Numbered from the stretch's first letter, positions 18,314 to 26,318 are shown. The stretch is 64,000 bases of DNA from an uncultured Candidatus Saccharibacteria bacterium (GCA_964563715.1 CAZLXA010000002.1:9467-73466), one strand, 5' to 3'. Notes: generated from the letters alone by a model not told the origin. A program made the numbers and translations.

Positions 18314-18787
18314 TTAAGGATTTACAACATACAAATAACCCCCTTTGATAGCTTGATTTCTTTGTTGATTTTCAATTATTCTAGGCACAAGATAAAAGAC
18401 AGTGGAAATAAGTAAAAGTGATGTAGCTAAAAGAAATAGAGGTTTTTTATAAAATAAATTATCTTCTTTAATAACCGACTGAAGAGTAATTACAAAAAAC
18501 ATCATCATTGATACAAGTAATATTGAGAGTGATATAAAATCACCCATATTAACAACTTTTTCAAAAAGCTTAAATTCCACTGAAACAAAAGTGATAAAAG
18601 AAGCAAAAATACCTAATATGGTTATTAGTTCTCTTTTTGACTGTTCAATACTGTTAGTCAATTCTTTTGTTTTTTCTTTTAGTGTTCTGATATCAAAATT
18701 TACTGAGTCATCAGAACTTTCTTCAATATTTTTAGCACCCTTATCATCAACTAAACCTATTACTTTTTCTTCTTTTTCTTTCTCCAT
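18314..18787 (-). CDS. island membrane protein (157 aa; acidic N-terminus, 3 predicted TM helices)
   Basis: Hydrophobic segments ILGIFASFITFVSV, FISLSILLVSMMMFFVITL and LFLLATSLLLISTVFYLV. Confidence 0.45.
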   Translation of the reverse strand: MEKEKEEKVIGLVDDKGAKNIEESSDDSVNFDIRTLKEKTKELTNSIEQSKRELITILGIFASFITFVSVEFKLFEKVVNMGDFISLSILLVSMMMFFVITLQSVIKEDNLFYKKPLFLLATSLLLISTVFYLVPRIIENQQRNQAIKGGYLYVVNP

Positions 18788-18790
18788 ATA

Positions 18791-19045
18791 TTATTTTAAT
18801 TCAAGATTTGGAATAAGTGCCTTTAGTGCAAAATAATAGATCCTTCCTGTTGTATTTCCAACAACAATAACCATTGGAACAGATTTTCCACCAAGAATAA
18901 ATCCTGCTGTTTGATCTTGTATTGTTTGAATTGCAAAACCATCCACAAGAGTAAAGCCAGTAGTTTCTCCAAGAAAAGCTTCTCTGTTTTGAAATTTTTG
19001 ATTTAATGCTGTAGTTATTTGACTTTTAAGTGAATTAAAATCCAT
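18791..19045 (-). CDS. island small protein (84 aa)
   Basis: ORF 3 nt upstream of the membrane-protein gene. No motif. Confidence 0.35.
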   Translation of the reverse strand: MDFNSLKSQITTALNQKFQNREAFLGETTGFTLVDGFAIQTIQDQTAGFILGGKSVPMVIVVGNTTGRIYYFALKALIPNLELK

Positions 19046-19119
19046 ATGTATTATTGTAGCATTTTATATACCAAAAATAAATAGTTAAAATTACTAAAAA
19101 GTGGTAAAATACTTTTTAT

Positions 19120-19944
19120 ATGACGACTAAATTACTACAGAATATCAACAAAAAACCACACTTTTTAAGTGATGATTTTGTTTTGTATCAAGGAGATAGC
19201 ATTGAGCATTTAAGCCAACTTCCAGAAGGAAGTGTTGATATGATTTTTGCAGATCCCCCTTATAATTTATCAAATGGTGGTTTTACTGTTCACGCAGGAA
19301 AAATGGTTAGTGTCCACAAGGGAGACTGGGATAAAAGTAAGGGATTTGATAGTGATTATGATTTTCATTTAAAATGGCTAGAAGCTTGCCATAGAGTTTT
19401 AAAAGAAAATGGCACTATTTGGGTAAGTGGAACATATCATTCAATATATCAATGTGGAACAGCAATGCAACAGATTGGATTTCATATTTTAAATGATATA
19501 TCTTGGTTTAAACCAAATGCTTCGCCAAATCTTTCTTGTAGATTTTTTACCGCTTCTCACGAAACATTGATATGGGCAAGAAAAAGCAAAAAAGGTAAAC
19601 ATTATTTTGATTACAAGTTGATGAAAAATGGAGACTGGAAAGATGACTTTATAAAAAAGCCTAATTTACAAATGCGTTCTGTTTGGTCAATACATCCACC
19701 GAAGAATTGGGAAAAAGTTCACGGAAAACATCCAACCCAAAAGCCCATAGAATTATTACGTCGTTGTATTTTAGCAAGCACAAAAAAGGGAGATATAATT
19801 ATTGATCCTTTTACAGGAAGTTCAACAACAGGAATTGCTTCAAAAATGATAGGTGGAAGAAAATTTGTTGGTTTTGATTTAGATAAAAACTTCTTAGACT
19901 TGTCTGTCAAAAGATATAAAGAAATTATTAAAAATAATAAATAA
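19120..19944 (+). CDS. DNA methyltransferase, N4/N6 type (beta class, PF01555-like)
   Basis: Motif IV IFADPPYN comes before motif I DPFTGSSTTG. HPTQKP motif present. Confidence 0.85.
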   Translation: MTTKLLQNINKKPHFLSDDFVLYQGDSIEHLSQLPEGSVDMIFADPPYNLSNGGFTVHAGKMVSVHKGDWDKSKGFDSDYDFHLKWLEACHRVLKENGTIWVSGTYHSIYQCGTAMQQIGFHILNDISWFKPNASPNLSCRFFTASHETLIWARKSKKGKHYFDYKLMKNGDWKDDFIKKPNLQMRSVWSIHPPKNWEKVHGKHPTQKPIELLRRCILASTKKGDIIIDPFTGSSTTGIASKMIGGRKFVGFDLDKNFLDLSVKRYKEIIKNNK

Positions 19945-19949
19945 TATTT

Positions 19950-20495
19950 ATGATAAAAGATGGTAAGGGTGGAGCAAATACAAAAACAGGTCTTGTTTTT
20001 GAAATAGAAAAAGATTTAGTTGTTTTTTTAAGTAAGCAAAAAGGATATACAACTCAAAAAATCGAAGGCTATAAACAATCATATTTTATTCTATACAACA
20101 AAGAACAAGTGGCGAGAACTTTTCCCAAGAATGATTTATATACATTTTTAGAAAAAGAACATAATCTTGATTGGGCTTCTATCCTGTCAAAAAAACTTTT
20201 ACCAGACGATGCCTTATATGTTGTTCTGAATAATACTGTTTATATTATTGAAAAGAAAAATCAACAAGTAGCTGGTTCTGTAGATGAAAAATTACAAACC
20301 TGTGATTTCAAAAGAAAACAATATAAAAAACTTTTTTCAAGATTAAATTTTGAAGTTGAATATATTTATCTTTTATCTGATTGGTTTAAACATCCATCTT
20401 ATAAAGATTATTTGGATTACATTATTTCAGTAGATTGTCAGTATTACTTTGAATATATACCCTTGCAGAAATTAGGACTTCCTATTCCTAAATAA
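19950..20495 (+). CDS. putative type II restriction endonuclease (PD-ExK)
   Basis: Starts 5 nt after the MTase. LPDD...(13 aa)...IIEKK fits the PD-(D/E)xK pattern. Confidence 0.45.
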   Translation: MIKDGKGGANTKTGLVFEIEKDLVVFLSKQKGYTTQKIEGYKQSYFILYNKEQVARTFPKNDLYTFLEKEHNLDWASILSKKLLPDDALYVVLNNTVYIIEKKNQQVAGSVDEKLQTCDFKRKQYKKLFSRLNFEVEYIYLLSDWFKHPSYKDYLDYIISVDCQYYFEYIPLQKLGLPIPK

Positions 20496-20504
20496 TTTTT
20501 ATAT

Positions 20505-21152
20505 ATGGCAAACGAACAAGAAATTAAAGATAACCTAAAAGCACTAGAAGATAGTATTTTTGAAGCTAAATCTGCTTATACACTTTGGAAAGTAATTGCA
20601 TACTCTAGGTCAAGTGGAGTTGTTCCGCTAGAATTAGCTGAAAAATATGTAAAATCTCAGCAAACAGCACCTGCTTTTTTTATTATGGCAGAAAGAACTG
20701 CTTTAATTTCTTTTGTTATTCTTATTCTACACCCCATAGATCAAGACTCTAGATCTTTTTCTCTTTTTAATGTTAATAAAGAAAAAACAAATGAATTTAT
20801 AAAACAAAACGAAAAAACAGTTGAAAATCTTAGATTAGTAAGAAATAAAGTATTTGCACACAAGGATAGTGTAGACGCTTTAAAAATTTTAGTTCCATCA
20901 ATAGAGATAATGGACAATTTTTTTGAAAATATGATTAGTTTTTATAATAATTTAACCAGTGAACACAACCAAAGCATAACTGATTTTAATGCTAGTTGTG
21001 ATAATCTTATTCACGAAATGGAGTATATGTTTATGAACTTAACAAGAGGAGAAAAAATTAGGCTAGAAGAAATAGATCTTGAATGGATGTGGGAAAAAAA
21101 TCCTAAAAAAATATCGGACATTTTTGATAGTAAGAATAATAAAAAATCTTAA
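20505..21152 (+). CDS. HEPN-domain protein (AbiU2-like), putative RNase / abortive-infection effector
   Basis: LRLVRNKVFAHKD contains the RNxxxAH form of the HEPN Rx4-6H motif. Helical composition. Starts 9 nt after the endonuclease ORF. Confidence 0.45.
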   Translation: MANEQEIKDNLKALEDSIFEAKSAYTLWKVIAYSRSSGVVPLELAEKYVKSQQTAPAFFIMAERTALISFVILILHPIDQDSRSFSLFNVNKEKTNEFIKQNEKTVENLRLVRNKVFAHKDSVDALKILVPSIEIMDNFFENMISFYNNLTSEHNQSITDFNASCDNLIHEMEYMFMNLTRGEKIRLEEIDLEWMWEKNPKKISDIFDSKNNKKS

Positions 21153-21337
21153 CAAGTTAATGATAGACAGTTCTACTCCTATAACGGTATAAATATTTTA
21201 GTAATTTTTTAATTTTAAGTATATTTTACAACCTCAGTTTTATTTATAAGTAAATACCCATAGGTAGATAAAACACTTTTCCATTTTAAAATCTCTATTT
21301 CAAAGGTGTTCCACTCTATGGACTGTAAGCTCACAAA

Positions 21338-21372
21338 TGAAAAAACCTGTCGCAAGATAGGTCTTTTCATTT
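21338..21372. repeat. hairpin repeat copy 1 (ATGAAAAAACCTGTCGCAAGATAGGTCTTTTCATTT)
   Basis: Near-identical to 22272-22307. Sits within a longer perfect stem at 21332-21375. Confidence 0.8.
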
Positions 21373-21490
21373 GTGATCCTAAGCGAGATATCTGCATATC
21401 TCGCGTCCGGGAGTCGAAAAGCTTTTGTGTCTTTTTTAAAATTCATTTTAAAAAAGTACAAAAGGTATACTGTTCTCGTAGAGAAAGATA

Positions 21491-21505
21491 TCCCGGTAGG
21501 GTCAC
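21491..21505. repeat. attR core (direct repeat)
   Basis: TCCCGGTAGGGTCAC, identical to the tRNA-Glu 3' segment. Confidence 0.8.
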
Positions 21506-21580
21506 AGATTGACGTATATATAAAATAATGTTATTGTCAAAACAATAAACGAATTTTGTTGTACCTAAAATAATTTAAGA

Positions 21581-22117
21581 ATGGAAAATGTTTTAGAAAT
21601 GATCCGCCAAAAAGCGGAAGAAGTTATTAGTGCTTATGTTAAACTGCCAGAAAGTCTTACAGAAAGAAATGGCCGTGAAGGTGGTTACCTTACAATCAAA
21701 AATATCCAATCAGGAATGATTGAAGCTATTTATTTGATTGGATGCATTCAAAAAGGTAAGGAAGAAAAATACCTTACCTTATCGCAGGAAAAAGCTAATC
21801 GTCTTTTCAGAGTTAGAATGTCAGGAGGAAACGATCGAACTTCTTGGGAGAGTAGAAATGAGGAAAAAATGGAATATGGTGGGGCTATCTTTTTTCCTGC
21901 TTGGGATGAAGAATACATATTATCATTTTCTGGTCTTCCTGAACTTGGAGATGAAGCTTGCATGTTCATTACTCAAGCATTAATTTCTTCAAAATCAGCT
22001 GAAACGATTGAGCTCGAAGCTTCGTCTATACTACATTCAATTTATTTCAGTAAGTTAGGAAGGCCCGGACAACCCCTATTCCATGCTTTGTTGGAAGCAT
22101 TTAAAATAAAAATTTAA
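21581..22117 (+). CDS. hypothetical protein (178 aa); faint GlcG/DUF336-like GGAI...SG...DE pattern
   Basis: ORF followed by a terminator hairpin. The motif resemblance is weak. Confidence 0.45.
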   Translation: MENVLEMIRQKAEEVISAYVKLPESLTERNGREGGYLTIKNIQSGMIEAIYLIGCIQKGKEEKYLTLSQEKANRLFRVRMSGGNDRTSWESRNEEKMEYGGAIFFPAWDEEYILSFSGLPELGDEACMFITQALISSKSAETIELEASSILHSIYFSKLGRPGQPLFHALLEAFKIKI

Positions 22118-22137
22118 TATTTTGGTTGAAGAATTTT

Positions 22138-22170
22138 ATAGCCCTCAATTTTAAAGAGGGCTATTTTATT
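22138..22170 (+). terminator. intrinsic terminator
   Basis: ATAGCCCTC-AATTTTAAA-GAGGGCTAT followed by TTTTATT. Confidence 0.6.
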
Positions 22171-22271
22171 GTTAATTTACTGTATCCTTTTATATTCTCT
22201 ACAATCTGATTCCCCGCCTACTCACGAGTACACGAGGGCGGGCGGGCAATTTGAACTACAAAGAGTCATAG

Positions 22272-22307
22272 ATGAAAAAACCTGTCGTAAGATAGGTTTT
22301 TTCATTT
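22272..22307. repeat. hairpin repeat copy 2
   Basis: ATGAAAAAACCTGTCGTAAGATAGGTTTTTTCATTT. Confidence 0.8.
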
Positions 22308-22415
22308 AAGTGTAGCAAGAACGGTTCTTGTTATTCTCAATTTTGTCCCGAATTGCATTGAAGCTTAAAAAAGCCATTCCTAATTCATAGAAATGGCTTT
22401 TAAATTTTAATTAAT

Positions 22416-22682
22416 TCAACATTTTTCAACCAAGTGGCTAATTTGTTTTTTGATAAAAGTTTTACTCCAAAATACTTCATTATTGGTAGCTTCGTGATAG
22501 TAACCACAATTACACCTTACAAATATTGGTTCCTCATTACTCATTTTATCTCTACAAACATGGTTTACAGAGCATTTTGAAGGCCGTGGCCTAGTTAAAT
22601 TATATTGTCTGATCAGTTGACGATCAGGATTAAAATTTTGGGTTACACTAAACCCTTGTTGACTGTCTGTAAAATAAACCAT
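22416..22682 (-). CDS. small Cys/His-rich hypothetical protein (88 aa)
   Basis: ORF with CSVNHVC...CNCGYYHE, a possible zinc-binding pattern. Confidence 0.35.
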   Translation of the reverse strand: MVYFTDSQQGFSVTQNFNPDRQLIRQYNLTRPRPSKCSVNHVCRDKMSNEEPIFVRCNCGYYHEATNNEVFWSKTFIKKQISHLVEKC

Positions 22683-23082
22683 GTTGCCTCCTTTTTTGGT
22701 TAAATTAATTATTGAATTATAAAGAACAAAAAACAGCTTTTTTGAAAGCTGATTTTTAAAAATAAATTAGTTTGGGTTTTATTATCAAAAATCAACTTTC
22801 AAATTGAAAGTATAAATAAAAATTGTCCAAGTATTTTTATTTTGATTTCTGCTAATATTTAACATATATTTATAATTACATTTTTGAAAAAAGAAGTCAA
22901 TAAAATTAATCTAATGCAATAATGCAAAAACCATTTAACAGAGCGAGGTCTTGCCTCGCTCTGTTTAGATGTATATTATTTTGATATACTGTATTTATGG
23001 AACCCCGAATAAATTTTCAAGATTAATTACGGGGGATATGAAATTTTATAGATTTGTATTATTAATTAATTTATTATAATTT

Positions 23083-23730
23083 ATGAGCGAAAATTCAAAC
23101 GGGGCAGGCAGAAAAATTGGGAAGCTTATAATTGCTCGGCATCACGAGTCGGAATGGAATAAATTGGGAAAATGGACAGGGGTTACAGAGGTCCATTTAA
23201 GCCCTGAAGGGTTTGAGGGAGCCAAAGAAATGGGGAAGTTAATTAGAGATTTTAATTTTGACTATATATTTACATCTACTCAAATCCGGGCTCATGAGAC
23301 ATTAGAAAATATAATGGCCACAGCAGGTATTGGGGTAGATACACCGATAGAAAAAGCTAGAGAATTAAATGAGCGTGATTACGGAGATTATACTGGAAAA
23401 AATAAACTAGAAATTAAAGATATTTTAGGTGAAATAGAGTTTAAAAAGTTGAGACGAGGTTGGGATGTTCCGATTTCTAATGGAGAAAGTTTAAAAATGG
23501 TTTATGGAAGATCTGTTCCTTATTATTTAAATAAGATATTACCACTAATTAAACAAGGGAAAAATGTTCTAATCGTGGCGCATGGTAATTCAATTAGATC
23601 AATCATGAAATATATAGAAGATATTTCAGACGAAGGAATTGCTGATGTTGAGATGCCTTTTGGTAGTTTTCTAATTTATGATTTAGATGAAAAGGGTCAT
23701 ACAAAAAATAAAGAAATACGCCAATTGTAA
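23083..23730 (+). CDS. gpmA: histidine phosphatase family protein, 2,3-bisphosphoglycerate-dependent phosphoglycerate mutase-like
   Basis: ARHHESEWN (RHGE-type motif) and a distal VAHGNSIR motif. Confidence 0.75.
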   Translation: MSENSNGAGRKIGKLIIARHHESEWNKLGKWTGVTEVHLSPEGFEGAKEMGKLIRDFNFDYIFTSTQIRAHETLENIMATAGIGVDTPIEKARELNERDYGDYTGKNKLEIKDILGEIEFKKLRRGWDVPISNGESLKMVYGRSVPYYLNKILPLIKQGKNVLIVAHGNSIRSIMKYIEDISDEGIADVEMPFGSFLIYDLDEKGHTKNKEIRQL

Positions 23731-23892
23731 AAATTGATTTTTAGGCCTTATTTTTGTATACTAAAAATGTTAGTTTGGAAGTGTGGTAATGAAAAGTAAA
23801 CTGCTTTACTTTTCATCCGGTTGCAAAGCAAATTACCGTTACGAAGTAGGTAATAGGGGAAAGGTTGAGTGTACTAATTTCGTCCCTAATAC

Positions 23893-23979
23893 GGAGGGTT
23901 GGCAGAGAGGTTGAATGCACCGCTTTCGAAAAGCGGAATCTTCGAAAGAGGATCACAGGTTCAAATCCTGTACCCTCCG
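23893..23979 (+). tRNA. tRNA-Ser (anticodon CGA), class II with long variable arm
   Basis: Hand fold: acceptor GGAGGGT/ACCCTCC, anticodon stem CCGCT/AGCGG, loop TTCGAAA, variable arm ATCTTC-GAAA-GAGGAT, T-arm ACAGG-TTCAAAT-CCTGT. Confidence 0.9.
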
Positions 23980-24089
23980 CTTGGTATAGAAAAATGATTT
24001 TTTGAATTTAAAATTTGTGCGGTTATGCTGTTTTGGTAGGTTCGAAGAGGTTTGAGATATGTTTAGTTCTAAGATAACTTGAAAATTTT

Positions 24090-24162
24090 GCGCGGTTAGC
24101 TCAGTTGGTAGAGCGCGTCATTGACGTTGACGATGTCGGGGGTTCAAATCCCTCACCGCGCA
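24090..24162 (+). tRNA. tRNA-Val (anticodon GAC)
   Basis: Hand fold: acceptor GCGCGGT/ACCGCGC, D-arm GCTC-AGTTGGTA-GAGC, anticodon stem CGTCA/TGACG, loop TTGACGT. Followed by a hairpin terminator. Confidence 0.9.
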
Positions 24163-24339
24163 CAAAAATTACAGTAGTAATTTTTGTGCGGTAACGAGCC
24201 AACTGCTTGGCTCGTGAGTGGGATTTGAAGACCTTGAGCTTGGATTTTGAAATTTTAATTTCAAAATACGCGAAAGGTGTACAGAATCTGTAAGATTCGA
24301 AAAGCGTACTCGCGGTCCTGTATCGCGTATATTAACATC

Positions 24340-25101
24340 ATGAAAAATACACAAATAATAATTTTAGCAGCCGGAAAAGGTAAAAGAATGGAGTCAGACG
24401 ACCCCAAGGCTTTGGCTATGCTTCAAGGTAAACCATTTTTGCGTCATATTTTAGATACGGTTTCGCATTTAAATTTATCAATTGATCCTGTCATTGTTGT
24501 TGGACATAAGAAAGAAAGAATTTTTGAGGTATTTGGTGAAGACTTAAATTATGCTCATCAGAGCGAGCAATTAGGAACTGGGCATGCGGTTTTATCGGCC
24601 AAAGACAAAGTCCATCCTGACCATAAGATTGTATTGGTTTTATCAAACGATCAACCTTTGCTTTCAAAAGAAACTATAGAAAGCATAATTGAAGCTCATA
24701 ATAAAACAGGTGCGACAATAACCATGGGCACAGTCATCTTACCTGATTTTAAAGACTGGCGGGCTGGGGCATATTATTTAGGAAGAATTGTACGAAATGA
24801 AAAAGGGGAAGTTGCAGAAGTTATAGAATATAAAGATGCAAATGAAGAGCAAAGGGAAATAAAAGAAATCAACCCAGCACTTTATGCATTTGATTCCGTT
24901 TGGCTTTGGGAAAATATAAATAAAATAAAAAATGATAATGCCGCTGGAGAATATTATTTGCCGGATTTAATTAAATTGGCATTCAAACAAGGACAAAAAA
25001 TGGAAGGAGTACCACTTAAAAATATGATGGAAATTTTCCAACCTAATTCAAAAGAAGAACTAGAAATTCTAGAAGGGATTTTAGCAAACCAAAATTTATA
25101 A
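24340..25101 (+). CDS. sugar-phosphate nucleotidyltransferase, GlmU N-terminal-domain-like (no acetyltransferase domain)
   Basis: [12 protein letters not shown] and QLGTGHAV motifs. The ATG at 24340 is preferred over the GTG at 24277, which would read through tRNA-flanking hairpins. Confidence 0.75.
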   Translation: MKNTQIIILAAGKGKRMESDDPKALAMLQGKPFLRHILDTVSHLNLSIDPVIVVGHKKERIFEVFGEDLNYAHQSEQLGTGHAVLSAKDKVHPDHKIVLVLSNDQPLLSKETIESIIEAHNKTGATITMGTVILPDFKDWRAGAYYLGRIVRNEKGEVAEVIEYKDANEEQREIKEINPALYAFDSVWLWENINKIKNDNAAGEYYLPDLIKLAFKQGQKMEGVPLKNMMEIFQPNSKEELEILEGILANQNL

Positions 25102-25125
25102 ACAATATAATTTAAAATAAAAACT

Positions 25126-25222
25126 AAAATAGCTCTTCTCAAAGGGCATACCAATTTCTTGCTAGAAATTGGCTCAGCGTTCGCGCCGTCGCGCTTACGA
25201 GCCCCTTTGATAAGACTATTTT
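25126..25222 (+). repeat. structured ~100-nt repeat, copy A
   Basis: Terminal inverted arms AAAATAGCTCTTCTCAAAGGG / CCCCTTTGATAAGACTATTTT, inner hairpin CCAATTTC-TTGCTA-GAAATTGG, and a GC-rich third segment. Confidence 0.75.
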
Positions 25223-25245
25223 GTTTTTATTATTGTAAAAAATAT

Positions 25246-26172
25246 TTATTTATTTTTGTGAATCCAAATATAGGCGTCCTCGAGAGCTTTAACAGCATCG
25301 CCAGTGGCGATGTTGTTTTGATGATAACGGCCATTTGTACAGTCACCAGCGGCCCATATACCCGGAACGGATGACATTTGAGTCATTGGATCAACAACAA
25401 TTTTACCAATTGTATCAATTTCGACGACATCTTTCATAAAACTAGTATTTGGTGTTTGACCGATTTCAACAAAAATACCAGTAGTTGGAATTGTAATTTC
25501 TTCATTTGAAATTTTATCTTTATAAGTTAAAGATTTAACAAATTGTTCGCCATCAACTCTTAAAATATCGGCGTTGGTAATAGCTTTAAACTTAGGATTT
25601 TCTTGTGTTTTCTTAACCGTAATTTCATCAGCTTTAAATTCAGCACTTCGGTGAATTAAAGTCACACTTTTACAATAAGCTAGTAACTGAATAGAGGTTT
25701 CAAAAGCGGCATTACCTCCACCAATAACTAAAACATCTTGATCGGCAAATAATGGTCCGTCACATGAAGCACAATAAGTAATTCCTTTGTGCTCAAAAAT
25801 ATCGGCATTGATAGCTTCTAATTTTCGGCGACCACTACCAGTAGCAACGAGTATAGCTTTCGTCTCATAACTTTTATCACTTTCTGTTTTAATTAAAAAG
25901 ACATCAAGAACCTTATTAACCTCAGTAATTTTTTCTCCATCAATAATATCTAAAAACGGACCTTTGTAATATTCGACGTGTTTTTTCAAACTCTCACCTA
26001 GTTGGGCTCCAGAAATTTCTGGCGTACCAATCCAATTGTAGATAGTAGTCGAAACAGTTGACTGACCTCCAAATTCGGCAGTTATAATAGCTGTTTTTAA
26101 TTGTTTGCGGGCGGCGTAGACGGCGGCGGCTGTGCCAGCTGGTCCTCCTCCTAATATTATTAAATCGTACAT
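25246..26172 (-). CDS. trxB: thioredoxin-disulfide reductase
   Basis: GGGPAGTAAAVYAAR FAD motif, CASCDG redox-active site, GGGNAAFE NADPH motif. Confidence 0.9.
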   Translation of the reverse strand: MYDLIILGGGPAGTAAAVYAARKQLKTAIITAEFGGQSTVSTTIYNWIGTPEISGAQLGESLKKHVEYYKGPFLDIIDGEKITEVNKVLDVFLIKTESDKSYETKAILVATGSGRRKLEAINADIFEHKGITYCASCDGPLFADQDVLVIGGGNAAFETSIQLLAYCKSVTLIHRSAEFKADEITVKKTQENPKFKAITNADILRVDGEQFVKSLTYKDKISNEEITIPTTGIFVEIGQTPNTSFMKDVVEIDTIGKIVVDPMTQMSSVPGIWAAGDCTNGRYHQNNIATGDAVKALEDAYIWIHKNK

Positions 26173-26198
26173 AGTTTTATCTTAACACATAAAATAAA

Positions 26199-26310
26199 AA
26201 TCTTAAATAAGTTCTTCTTAAAAGGTTCGGATAATTTCTTGTTAGAAATTTCCTCATTGCTCGCGCCGTCATGCTTGCGCACTCTCTCCTAATAAGACTT
26301 ATTTAAGATT
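26199..26310 (+). repeat. structured ~100-nt repeat, copy B
   Basis: Arms AATCTTAAATAAGTTCTTCTTAAAAGG / CTCCTAATAAGACTTATTTAAGATT, inner hairpin AATTTC-TTGTTA-GAAATT, and shared core TCGCGCCGTC. Confidence 0.75.
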
Positions 26311-26318
26311 TTTAAACT

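Larger units (their letters stand above)
14590..21505. mobile_element. integrated genomic island at the tRNA-Glu 3' end (serine recombinase, RM + HEPN module, orphan genes)
   Basis: Perfect 15-bp direct repeat TCCCGGTAGGGTCAC at 14590-14604 (inside the tRNA T-arm/acceptor) and at 21491-21505. A recombinase gene abuts attL. Confidence 0.75.

Noticed and set aside
14590-21505. Interpreting the tRNA-Glu island as a prophage.
   Set aside because: There are no capsid, portal, tail, large terminase or lysis genes. The only phage-like item is a small HTH protein. The size (6.9 kb) fits an integrative island or satellite better.
21215-21512. ORFs 21215-21397 (-) and 21306-21512 (+) near attR.
   Set aside because: They run through two strong hairpins and the att core. 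The plus ORF ends ...YPGRVTD, which is simply the translated tRNA-derived repeat. Probably non-coding.
23760-23892. Nested hairpins (GGTAAT[ATGAAAAGTAAA-CTGC-TTTACTTTTCAT]...ATTACC) between gpmA and tRNA-Ser. Considered as SRP RNA, 6S RNA or a riboswitch.
   Set aside because: No conserved signature of SRP RNA, tmRNA, RNase P RNA or any riboswitch class that I know is visible. Most simply it is a terminator plus tRNA leader.
24016-24050. GTGCGGTTATGCTGTTTTGGTAGGTTCG, which resembles the 5' half of the adjacent tRNA-Val (GCGCGGTTAGCTCAGTTGGTAGAGCG). A GTGCGGTAACGAG string also occurs after the tRNA.
   Set aside because: I could not fold either into a cloverleaf, and there is no anticodon or T-arm. 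It may be a decayed tRNA fragment, but the evidence is too thin to call a pseudogene or an att remnant.
24169-24354. ORF 24169-24354 (-) and the 21-codon N-terminal extension of the GlmU-like ORF from the GTG at 24277.
   Set aside because: Both cover the hairpin-rich tRNA-Val trailer. The conserved nucleotidyltransferase N-terminus ([17 protein letters not shown]) starts at the ATG at 24340.
25159-25374. ORF 25159-25374 (+) and ORF 24954-25154 (-).
   Set aside because: The first is translated from repeat copy A and from antisense trxB. The second is antisense to the GlmU-like gene. Neither has independent support.
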